DNA from: Carpediemonas membranifera BICM | Lineage: Eukaryota; Protista; Fornicata | Direction: 5' to 3' | Assembly: GCA_019828565.1 (NCBI GenBank) | Contig: JAHDYR010000038.1 | Coordinates: forward strand, 636,735 to 700,734 | DNA length: 64,000 nt | Shown: positions 10,255-19,224 of the stretch, in pieces | How the letters are laid out: each line of letters opens with the position of its first letter | Position numbering within the stretch: position 1 is the first letter of the stretch | Notes under the pieces: generated by a model | The model's input: the letters and a program-made list of their open reading frames with translations, nothing else | The model's database searches: none | What the model was told of the DNA's origin: nothing | Position numbers and translations under genes: made by a program

Positions 10255-10818
10255 TAATACTTGCTGTTGTGCTTTGTTTGGGAGCGAAGGGGGTGAAATG
10301 GAGAGAGATTTAGCTTAGTAAGCCGCACTTGGCCACCATTTTGAGACGGACTTCGCCACAGTCGAAATCCAATGGCGTCACGGCTTGGGCAGTTTGGCTT
10401 CGAAATTGTGACCACCGATGAGGTAATTCTCACATAGAACACATTGGGCCAGTCAATATACGCCCCCGAGAGTTTTCCCGCGCAACTTGAGCCAATATTC
10501 AATTTCGCAGTTTATGATCACGCTTATGTTTTGGCTCAAAATGGCTCAAACATAAAACACCTTTCTATACGCCTCATTCCTTCCGAATGTACTATATGAC
10601 GCAGGAACTAGGGTCAACCTCGCCAAGGACCTCCGGCATCACAAACACATTCTTCTAAGATGAGGCAGATGATACTGTTGCACTGAGCGAACCAGAGTCA
10701 TGTAGCTCTGATTACCACTCGTTTGTGGGGTCAATGGTGACGCTGACCGGCCCAGTAACACCGTGACGCGAGAGTAACCTTAAAGTGCGGGTCAGTGACG
10801 ACACAAAGGAGGGATACA

Positions 10819-11688
10819 ATGGACGAAGAGACAGAACAGCAATGCAAAGAAGATATACTGGCCATTAGTCGTCAGGATCCGAAAATTGAAGAGGGGATGA
10901 ATGAAGCACAACGGATTGCCGAAGAATTGGAAGGTCGTATCGCCAGAAGCACGATGAGCCTGCATTCAGCCGATGCACGCCTCTCTAGATACGAAGCTGA
11001 GCAGTGGCGTCGGAAACTTAGGTCGTTTTCCTCCCAACAGGCGATGCTGATGCAACGCTTCCCGAGAAAGAGGTTCTCATTCAGCAGCAGGAAGCGTGTC
11101 CAGGAGGCAATCTCCAAGCTAGAGAAGACAGAGACTGTCAAGCAGGATGTGGCCACTGACGAGGTCTACGAGACAGCCAAGACGTACCTCCACGACCGTG
11201 CCGACGACAGCCGTGTCTTCCCTGAGCACGAGTCGACCGTGATCATCTCGGGATGCATGGACTGTGCCTACATATTTACTGGGCCGCTCAAGCACCTGGC
11301 TATCCTCGACTGCGAGAACGTCAGCGTGCTCTTCGCAGTCTTGCGAGGCCCTCTGATCGTCCGTAGCGGCGTGGCTGGGCAAAAGACATGCAAGCAATGC
11401 TGGGTGGCTGGTGGCATTCAGCAGCTCCGCCTGACCGATGTGGACGGCCTCCAGCTCTTCCTGCGGACAACATCCGACCCCGTCAAGGAGCGGTGCGAGG
11501 GTGTCGAGGTCCACCCCCTGCTCGGTCTGGACGAGGCGCTGATCAAGGCCATGCCCGAGCCCATGCAGGAGGCGTACAGCCGGACAGAGACGGGCTGGGC
11601 CAGCGGGTATGAGGCCGCCGTGGATGGGCTGGTCAGGCTCGAGAGCAGCAGACACGAGCGGATGCACGACTTCTCCATGCCGGTATGA
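10819..11688 (+). CDS. TBCC: Tubulin-folding cofactor C
   Basis: N-terminal helical region, PRKRFSF motif, beta-helix with QQLRL...SDPVKERC and terminal DFS. Confidence 0.75.
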   Translation: MDEETEQQCKEDILAISRQDPKIEEGMNEAQRIAEELEGRIARSTMSLHSADARLSRYEAEQWRRKLRSFSSQQAMLMQRFPRKRFSFSSRKRVQEAISKLEKTETVKQDVATDEVYETAKTYLHDRADDSRVFPEHESTVIISGCMDCAYIFTGPLKHLAILDCENVSVLFAVLRGPLIVRSGVAGQKTCKQCWVAGGIQQLRLTDVDGLQLFLRTTSDPVKERCEGVEVHPLLGLDEALIKAMPEPMQEAYSRTETGWASGYEAAVDGLVRLESSRHERMHDFSMPV

Positions 11689-11775
11689 ACTGGAGTCGGC
11701 CCGAGTCAAGTAAACGAATGGCGTCTTGATTTACTGCACGACGGCACTTTCATCCAACCAGGAATCTCCCCTCAC

Positions 11776-12651
11776 TCACTCCCAGGCGATGACGAACGGG
11801 TTGGGTTCCACATCCAGGTCGACCTCGGCCACAAAAACACCGGGCAGCGGTGGGCACCGTGGGCTGAGCTCCCTGCTTTCCTCGGTCGAGATTGAGCTAT
11901 CGGCACTTTCACTACATGTCCCGTCTTGTTCTGGTGGAGTGTCAACGGTGTGAGACGCTGCTATGGTGTCGCTCATGGGCATGACCATGGCCGCTGTGGC
12001 TTTGTTGACGAGTCGGGTCTGTTGCGCCTTTAGTGCGGTGATCCTGAATGGTTCAATGACGACGCAGCAGAAAAGCTGGAGGACGGGGGAAAGCAGCTCG
12101 AGAGTGGTCTCGCCTCCAATGCTTGCAGTTGTAGCAGCTCCAGAGAAGCACAGCGCGTGACACATGCCGCATACACAGCAACAGAGAATGCCGCCACCGA
12201 CGGTGATAGCAAGACTGGCAAAGAAGATGTTCAGGACGTAGTACCAGACGGTGTCCCAGAAGCCGCGAGGGGCGGGGCCGAGCGCGTACTTCTCGGTCGA
12301 ACAGCCCCCGAGATACGTGGCAAAAGTGAGACAGATGTACATTTCATCAGCGGGGGGGTATGATGTGCCGACTTCAACTTCTGTAGGTGTCGGCTTGTTG
12401 CCGATAGCGTTGGTAATGTCCTGGGATTGGGCATACGAGTCATTTAGAGACTCTTTGAGCCATAATGATGGCCAAATACTGTCTAAGCCCGAGCTCAGCG
12501 TCTCACAGGGAGCGTCGAAGCCAAATGATACCGTCCTGAGACCATGATCTTCTTCATGCGCGACAATGTCGATAATTCCTGCTGTAAAGCAGTCAGCTGT
12601 GCATTTGATGACCAACACCAACAGTAGCGGAACCAACAGATTCTTCTGCAT
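11776..12651 (-). CDS. Hypothetical membrane protein with signal peptide
   Basis: Hydrophobic N-terminus LLVPLLLVLVIKC, then a TM segment followed by a Cys cluster (ILCCCVCGMC). Confidence 0.65.
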   Translation of the reverse strand: MQKNLLVPLLLVLVIKCTADCFTAGIIDIVAHEEDHGLRTVSFGFDAPCETLSSGLDSIWPSLWLKESLNDSYAQSQDITNAIGNKPTPTEVEVGTSYPPADEMYICLTFATYLGGCSTEKYALGPAPRGFWDTVWYYVLNIFFASLAITVGGGILCCCVCGMCHALCFSGAATTASIGGETTLELLSPVLQLFCCVVIEPFRITALKAQQTRLVNKATAAMVMPMSDTIAASHTVDTPPEQDGTCSESADSSISTEESRELSPRCPPLPGVFVAEVDLDVEPNPFVIAWE

Positions 12652-13070
12652 GGTCGTTGAAACGAGATCGCTCAATCAGGAGATTGAGTGCGGTATCAGG
12701 GCAAGTACACCTGCGATTGCCGATGTTCTGCTTCTGATGGCGAAGTAGGTCAGGCAACGGTTGCTTTTTCGCATGGGCTAGCTGAGCAGACTCTCACCAT
12801 ACCAGGCTGGCCTGGGCAATCGGCCCAACCCCGATGGGGTCACTATACCTTGCACAGAGATATTTGATCATGGCTCATTTCACACTTGCTCCAATGTTGT
12901 CGAGCGTTCAAATTCATCTGTCTGACCGGACCCCGATTCAGAAGAACAAAGACTTGCATGGACATGAAGACTGCTGTAAACTGCTACACTGGCCAGATGG
13001 AGACCACTGCTATGACTCCAAACTTGACTCCTAAAACTGCACTTTCAGCTCCACCGGAATTTGTCGAAAA

Positions 13071-14636
13071 ATGCAGAAGCCAGTGAAGAGAAAGGCTCAA
13101 GATATTATCAATGGCCACGAAGAGGAGCTGAAGAAGCCAAAACTGATGATTTCGCGCACATCCAGTGATTCTACGACACGTACGGCATCATCGAACCTTA
13201 CTGTCGTTTCCGGGAACATTGGCAAGAAAATTTCCGTTCGTCGTCGTCCTAGCATCCCAGCTGCGCCAGCACCCGCTCCAGCACCAGCACCGCCCGTCCA
13301 AAACGAGCCAGAGGTGATCATCAAAGAGGTTTATCTTGAGAGAGAGCCCGTCGACACTGCTAATGCAACCACAAACACGGCAGTAGTAACTATGCGCGAC
13401 GCTCACACCGAGACGACTCTTTCTCCTCTCGAACAGCAACTGGCCAGCGCCCTCGAAGCCCAACGCGCCCTTACCACGGAGCTCCACACCACCAAGGTGG
13501 CCATGGACTCTCAGCGCCGCAGCATGCTCAACACCATCCTCGAGCTGAAGGGAACCTACCGCGTGTTCTGCCGGATCCGCCCCTTCACCCCCAGCCTGAA
13601 TGCCCCCGCCCAAGTCGACCCGGATCCAGCGAACCCCATCTATTCGTGGTCTGACAGCGCCGGCCTCGGCCTCGACACGGTGCACATCACACGCATGCAT
13701 GACGGGGCGACCGGACCCAAGAAGGTGTCGCACCCATACAAGGTCGACTTCGTCTTCCCGCCCGACTCGAAGCAGGAGGATGTCTTCCTCGAGGTTGAGC
13801 CCCTTGTTCACACAGCGCTAGACGGGAAGAACGTGTGCATCTTTGCGTATGGCGCGACAAGCTCTGGAAAGACTCACACGATGTCTGGCACGGCCAAGGA
13901 GCCCGGTATCATCCCAAGAACCGTCGCTGCCATCTTCGAGTTTAAGGAGCGCATTAAGTCGGCTGTAGGCGACGAGGTCGACATCGAGGTCGCATGCTCG
14001 CAGATTTACAACGAGAAGGTCGATGACTTGCTGACTGGGAAGAATGCCCAGACCAGAAAGGACCGGATCGACTTGACTTGGGTCACTATTGACTCAGCCG
14101 AGGCGATCACGGCCACGCTGGGCACGGCAGCCAAGAACAGGGCGACTGCAGCGACAAAGGAGAACCAGGACTCGAGCAGATCTCACGCGATCACCCAGAT
14201 CAGATTCACTAGATCTTCTGTAGATCCGGAGAGTGGAGAGAAGACCAAGATGTTCGGCGGTACGCTCAACCTTGTCGATCTGGCAGGCAGCGAGTCAGCC
14301 GAGCAGGCTAAGCCGACGAAGGAACAGCCCGGCCAGAGGAGCCGCCAGGGCAACGCGAACGAGTCGAAGAACATCAACCTGTCCCTAACCAACCTGAAGA
14401 TCGTCCTCAACGACCTCGCCCAGAAGAGCCGCAAGCTCAAGGCGGGGGAGAAGGTCACGGAGACGCGCCGGGCTGTCGGGACTCGTAACTCGAAGCTCAC
14501 GATGCAGCTGGCAGACGCGCTAGCAGGCGGGAGAGTGCTTATGATTGTCAACATTTGCCCCAACCCCGAGAGCTTGACCCTGAGTCGTAACAGGAACGCA
14601 CTGGCCTTGGCATCTGGCACCGTCAGCGGTATGTAA
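13071..14636 (+). CDS. Kinesin-14 (C-terminal motor, Kar3/Ncd-like)
   Basis: Neck LELKGTYRVFCRIRP, P-loop FAYGATSSGKTHTM, switch I SSRSH and switch II LVDLAGSE, after a coiled coil. Confidence 0.92.
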   Translation: MQKPVKRKAQDIINGHEEELKKPKLMISRTSSDSTTRTASSNLTVVSGNIGKKISVRRRPSIPAAPAPAPAPAPPVQNEPEVIIKEVYLEREPVDTANATTNTAVVTMRDAHTETTLSPLEQQLASALEAQRALTTELHTTKVAMDSQRRSMLNTILELKGTYRVFCRIRPFTPSLNAPAQVDPDPANPIYSWSDSAGLGLDTVHITRMHDGATGPKKVSHPYKVDFVFPPDSKQEDVFLEVEPLVHTALDGKNVCIFAYGATSSGKTHTMSGTAKEPGIIPRTVAAIFEFKERIKSAVGDEVDIEVACSQIYNEKVDDLLTGKNAQTRKDRIDLTWVTIDSAEAITATLGTAAKNRATAATKENQDSSRSHAITQIRFTRSSVDPESGEKTKMFGGTLNLVDLAGSESAEQAKPTKEQPGQRSRQGNANESKNINLSLTNLKIVLNDLAQKSRKLKAGEKVTETRRAVGTRNSKLTMQLADALAGGRVLMIVNICPNPESLTLSRNRNALALASGTVSGM

Positions 14637-14843
14637 CTCTGGCGGGACATATAAAATGTAGTATTTGGCCGAGGTGGGGCTGCTTGTGTCGATGAGAGCG
14701 AAGGTTCGACAGAGAGAGTTGACCTTGGTGCGTGCTGCAAGTCCTACTTGTTTCAGTCACCGCTATCGCTTGCCCAGAGGCGGTCTGGGCAATTTTGCCA
14801 TAATCTGCACTTTCCAGAGATTTAGCATTTGGGAACGACAGCG

Positions 14844-15602
14844 ATGGCTTTCGAAAGAACGTGCCCCTTTTGCTCAATCAAGCTACCACCAGACAATGCT
14901 GAGTTTCTTGCTCACGTGAAGTCCTGCAGGAAGCACCATACTCGTAGCGCCCGGCAAGCAACAGCCAAGAACAACCACGCCATTCCACAGTACAAGCGAT
15001 CGACACCACCAAAGGTGGAAGTAACCACTATTTCCACTGCTTCCCCAGAGCGCCAGTCACCGTATCGCCCCAAGGCGGTCCCATCCCGCCCTGCCCCACC
15101 GCCCGAAGAGATCCAGGAGACGTATGAGGGCCGCCATACCCTAGACCATGGCGTGAGTACGCAGCACTACGGCGAAGAATCGTATGCTGAGGGACAGCCC
15201 GACTTCTCTGAGGCTGGGGACTCGCTAGTGAACCAAGCCATTGACCGCGGACACGGGAAAAGCATCGGCTGGTATAGTGATGGTGGTGATAGTGGCGGAA
15301 ACGCAGCTGATGACGATGACGGTGCGAGTTATGACCACCACCAGGAGCAATCATTTTCCGACGAAGTGGGTTTTGATGAGTATCACTCAGACCACAAGAC
15401 CCGCCCCGCCGAGCCTGTCAAGCATGAAGAGCCGCGGCATGCCCACCAGGTCGACCCGAGACCCGGCCGACACGGCAGGGTGGCTGTGCCCCCAGGCCTG
15501 ATGGAGTTCTGCTGCTACTGCGGCGTGAGGTTCTTCCGGGACACTAGATGGTGCGGCAAGTGTGGGAAGGAGAGGATGGAGTATGTTATGGCGTACGAGT
15601 GA
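14844..15602 (+). CDS. Hypothetical protein with N-terminal C2HC finger and C-terminal zinc ribbon
   Basis: CPFC...HVKSC at the N-terminus, CCYCG...WCGKCG at the C-terminus, low-complexity middle. Confidence 0.7.
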   Translation: MAFERTCPFCSIKLPPDNAEFLAHVKSCRKHHTRSARQATAKNNHAIPQYKRSTPPKVEVTTISTASPERQSPYRPKAVPSRPAPPPEEIQETYEGRHTLDHGVSTQHYGEESYAEGQPDFSEAGDSLVNQAIDRGHGKSIGWYSDGGDSGGNAADDDDGASYDHHQEQSFSDEVGFDEYHSDHKTRPAEPVKHEEPRHAHQVDPRPGRHGRVAVPPGLMEFCCYCGVRFFRDTRWCGKCGKERMEYVMAYE

Positions 15603-15891
15603 GATTGGGGCGTGCGATTGATGTTGAGGGTTTGGATTAAAGCTCCGGTTGGGTAACATGTCATGCCCCGCTTGTATGATGTTGAAATAGCCACTGCGTC
15701 CGCAATGTAGTAAACATTAGTCGGGGGGAACAGCTGTCTCACCCACGCTGGAGGTCTGCTGACTGGTGGGCAGAGCGATGAATTTAAATTTCGGATGGCC
15801 CAGTTCTGATCACGAGCGAGGGTCGGAGGGAGCATGCGCCGTCCCTGGGCCGAGCTGGGCGCTCCTCTGGCTGTTGAGCATTTTATGTTTA

Positions 15892-15921
15892 GACTCAAGT
15901 ATTCGTATCCTGCGCGGCACA
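15892..15921 (+). repeat. Repeat R1, GACTCAAGTATTCGTATCCTGCGCGGCACA
   Basis: First 18 nt recur exactly at 17993-18010; last 24 nt recur exactly at 18085-18108. Confidence 0.95.
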
Positions 15922-16174
15922 CTACCTCCACTCACCCACTTCAGCCCTGTGTCGAACGCTGCTGTCTTCTTTCGCGTCTGTGCTCGTCTGTTACGCGCTC
16001 ATCTGTCGTCCATTGCCGGCGTCTGAAGCTCGTGTCGTCTTCGTCATCTTAGTCTGTTGTGAGAGACACAAGTGGTGGAAAGCGGTTGTAGCAGTAGTAA
16101 AGACGCTTTGTGTTGTATGATGCTGGTTTCTTGTGTTTTGAGGGATGCTGCTAGCTGATGAACCCTGAAAAGAA

Positions 16175-17877
16175 ATGATCGTAAGGTAAGGTACCTTACC
16201 TTACCTTAAGCAGATCGTCATTGCTCAGCAAAAGGTGTCGAAGGCAAAGGCAGCGGATCGGTGCAGGTGGATTGGCGACATGGCGATGTGGAGGGACCCT
16301 GACATAACCCCACTCGTCCGGGACTTCAGGGAAGCCTACGTTGGAATTGCATTTCCATTTCAGAGCTGGTTGGGTGAGTACTCCACAGCCACCCGGGTCT
16401 GGCTCTCGCGCGCGTCACCCGGGTACCTGACCCGTCTTCGTGCTGGATTAGAACGGGTGCGTCCGCTCCTCCATGATCAGCCGGGTGTTCGACAGGATTT
16501 TCTCGACACCCTAGGCGAGCTCGACACTGAGGTTGCCGCCATAGCCGCCGATCATGGCATGCATCATCCTCAAATGCATGCATTGCCCGAGGGGCAACGG
16601 GTGGGTCGCACTGGTACCGTGGCCGAGGCCCTCGTCGGCGTGCTGTTGTGCGTCACGCGCATGAGTGCTGCAGTGACCAAGCTGGTCACACTCACTCGTG
16701 CCGTGAACCTCGAGCTCAGTCAGGCCCTGCCAGAGCCGAAGCTCGTTCCGTTCGTGCCGATGGCACCGGTCAGGCCTGGGTTCATGACCATCGAGTACGG
16801 TTATATGTCGCTCACCCCAGCGATGAAGAGGCGCCTGCGTGTGCACGTGAATTGGTCAGCAACTAAGAACTTGACCACTGAGCAGGTTGATAGATACGAG
16901 CGTGATCACGGCGACATCACCAAACTCCGCAGAGTGCTCTCCGTGAAGACTGACGGGGTCTCTGCTGCTGTGACGGTTTGGGTGGGTCGCGAGAAATACC
17001 GTGGCGGTCGGGTGGCTGACCGGCCCACGTACAAAAAGGGTAGCAATAACAAGCGGGCTCGGCTCGGTCAGGATGACGCCGAGGCTACTCCTGCCCCGGA
17101 CATTCAAGCTCTCATGGGCTTCGACCCTGGTGCTCGGTCGCTGGGCGGCTACACGATCCGCCGCCCAGACGGGCAGAGTGTATCTGGCGTACTCGCTAAG
17201 TGTGGCTACACTGCCACCCCCTCTTTCCGCGTGAATATGAGCGCAGCATCGTTCAAAACGACAAGTCTAGAGGCTCTCAAACAGTCGATTAGATTTGTCC
17301 ATGAGAACATCGTTCAGATCATCAACGAGGGGACGAGAAAGTGTTTCCGCCGGGCGACTTTTGCCAATCACTGTCTGCGCCTGAAGCACTTCGCCCGGGC
17401 TGGACGTCAACTCCTGGATGATCTCGGCGGGCGCCCCCGGAGCCCATTCATCTCGAAGTCGCGTATGGGGCTGCACTGTTCGGTTCCGCCGGCACTCCCT
17501 CCTGTGCTCCGTACCGCCGCTTTGCTCGAGCTCTCCCTGGCATCATGCTCCGGCACAACGTCGTCGTGACTGTCACGATGGTCTCCGAATTTCGCACTTC
17601 CATCGTGTGCCCACACTGCAAAGCACACTTCAGACGTGTGGTGCACACACACCGCACCATGCTCTACCAGAATCCCGCGTGCGAGGGAGCTCCATGGCGC
17701 GTTGAACGGCTTCGTCGGCATCCTGAGCAGAGAGACACACTTCTCAATCTCTCTCACCGAGATAAGAGCGCCAGCGAGAACATCCTTTGGTGCACCTATG
17801 ATGCAAATTCAGATCAGAGAGAGCAATCTCCTTTCCACTACGACTCCCAGAGAGGTGCTCTTCCTCACTATCATTAA
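16175..17877 (+). pseudogene. Fz1: Fanzor1 (eukaryotic TnpB-like RNA-guided nuclease), about 556 aa reconstructed; probable intron 16181-16213; 1-nt frameshift near 17429-17438
   Basis: PFVPMAPVRPGFMTIE, SVKTDGVSAAV, RuvC-I GFDPG and FRRATFANH; then, in the -1 frame, LEVAYGAALFGS, RuvC-II VSEFRTSIVCPHC and RuvC-III HRDKSASENI. Confidence 0.88.
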
Positions 17878-18015
17878 CTTGCTAAGTTGAGCAAGCACGC
17901 GCTGCAGCGGCGCGTGATATGCTGCGCACGATTGATAGAGAATGATGAACCACACTGCGATCCTGATGCTGCTTGGATCACTGTGTGTTTTGGACTCAAG
18001 TATTCGTATCAATTT
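17878..18015 (+). ncRNA. Putative Fanzor omegaRNA scaffold plus 3' guide
   Basis: Directly after the stop: hairpins CTTGCT/AGCAAG, CACGCGC/GCGCGTG and CACAC..GATCC/GGATC..GTGTG, plus possible long-range TTGAG(17887)/CTCAA(17995) pairing. Position matches known Fanzor omegaRNAs. Confidence 0.6.
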
Positions 18016-18128
18016 ACATTCATGTAAAATATAAAGTGTTACGTAACCGGTCCCACTGGTCCAACGCTGTCAGCGGCCCGACCCAGTATTCGTATCCTGC
18101 GCGGCACAACCAAGATTCTGTCATCTCG

Positions 18129-18944
18129 ATGGAAGAAGCCCTTCAGGTCACACCAGCGGCACTATCCGCCATGAAGCTTGGTGCATCGCACTACAACCAA
18201 GTTTTCCACGATTCAACCTCGTTCATTCAGCGAATAGTCAACACCAAGCGCCTGCAGTTCTATTTCGCTGTTACAAACCAATGTATTATGCGTAAGATCG
18301 GCGTACTGCTCTTTCCATACACTCACTCCTCCTGGAAGCGCCAGATCCACGCCTCCGAGGCGTCCATTCCCCTGACGCCAGCGGAGGACATCAATACGCC
18401 CGACCTATATCTCCCATTCGTCGGTATCGCCACGTATATCATCTTCTGTGCCATGGGCTACGCGGTGGATGCTTCCTATGACATGCAGCACATCTCCCGC
18501 CCCGTGGTGTGCAGCATCGCCGTGGTGGCCGTCGAACTAATCGGTTTCAAGCTCGCGTCCATTGCTTTTGGCATTGCAGGTCCGCCGCTGCTCGAGATAG
18601 TCGGGATCTTCGGCTACAAGTACGTCTCGCTGTGTGTCGCGCTCCTCTTGTCTCTCATCCACCCCATTGCTTACTACATGGCCCTGGCATACGTGGCCGC
18701 GGCGTTTGGCGTGTTCATCATGCGGACACTCAACCCCCTCCTCATCCCCCAGACAGAGCAAAGGCGGGCAGGCATGCTGAGTGAGTCCGGGGTCGACCAG
18801 ACCGGGAAGGCGCTCATGGCGAGAACGTACTTCGTATTCATTGTAGGGATCTCCCAGGTCGCCCCGATGATTCTCCTTGGGTTGTTCAGGCCCGCCTTCT
18901 TCCTGCTCCAGCGTCCCGGGGAGACCCCCGTCATTGCGGGGTGA
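18129..18944 (+). CDS. YIF1: YIF1 ER-Golgi membrane protein
   Basis: FYFAVTN...KIGVLLFPYTH..WKR, PAEDINTPDLYLP and GYKYV motifs; multiple TM segments. Confidence 0.92.
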   Translation: MEEALQVTPAALSAMKLGASHYNQVFHDSTSFIQRIVNTKRLQFYFAVTNQCIMRKIGVLLFPYTHSSWKRQIHASEASIPLTPAEDINTPDLYLPFVGIATYIIFCAMGYAVDASYDMQHISRPVVCSIAVVAVELIGFKLASIAFGIAGPPLLEIVGIFGYKYVSLCVALLLSLIHPIAYYMALAYVAAAFGVFIMRTLNPLLIPQTEQRRAGMLSESGVDQTGKALMARTYFVFIVGISQVAPMILLGLFRPAFFLLQRPGETPVIAG

Positions 18945-18988
18945 GGAGAGAGAAGCTGTCATATATAAACGTTGCTGGCCTGGAGCGA

Positions 18989-19166
18989 GGTCTGGGGTGC
19001 TATACTCAATTTATACACGCTCACGTAAACATCAGCAAAACCGCTGAGCCGGTCTGGGGTGCTATACTGGCATGTTGTTGCGCAGTATAAACACACTGTT
19101 CGACCCTCCCAGACAGGGCCACATGTTGCGCAGTGTAAACACATTGTTTGACCCTTCAATAGCACA
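18989..19166. repeat. Internally repetitive intergenic element, possibly a MITE remnant; one end also occurs at 58635-58668
   Basis: GGTCTGGGGTGCTATACT twice; TGTTGCGCAGTRTAAACACAYTGTTYGACCCT twice; 34-nt exact reverse-complement match at 58635-58668. Confidence 0.7.
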
Positions 19167-19224
19167 CCACAGCGGGGCTTAAAATGCACATTAACGCGTT
19201 GTCGCCGAAGCGTGGGAATTAGCC

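Larger units (their letters stand above)
15870..18108 (+). mobile_element. Fanzor1-bearing element without a transposase gene; boundaries uncertain
   Basis: Fanzor ORF, downstream structured RNA and flanking direct repeats, lying between the Zn-finger gene and YIF1. No terminal inverted repeats seen. Confidence 0.6.

Noticed and set aside
15797-15870. HDV-like ribozyme (GGCCCAG/CTGGGCC as P1)
   Set aside because: P3, L3 and P1.1 cannot be formed; kept only as a generic structured region.
15870-18110. Terminal inverted repeats or a transposase for the Fanzor element
   Set aside because: No convincing inverted match between candidate ends, and no DDE, Y1, serine recombinase or Helitron ORF nearby.
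17973-18128. N-terminal extension of YIF1 in the ORF track
   Set aside because: It starts at a non-ATG codon and runs through the omegaRNA and repeat region; ATG 18129 is the first methionine.
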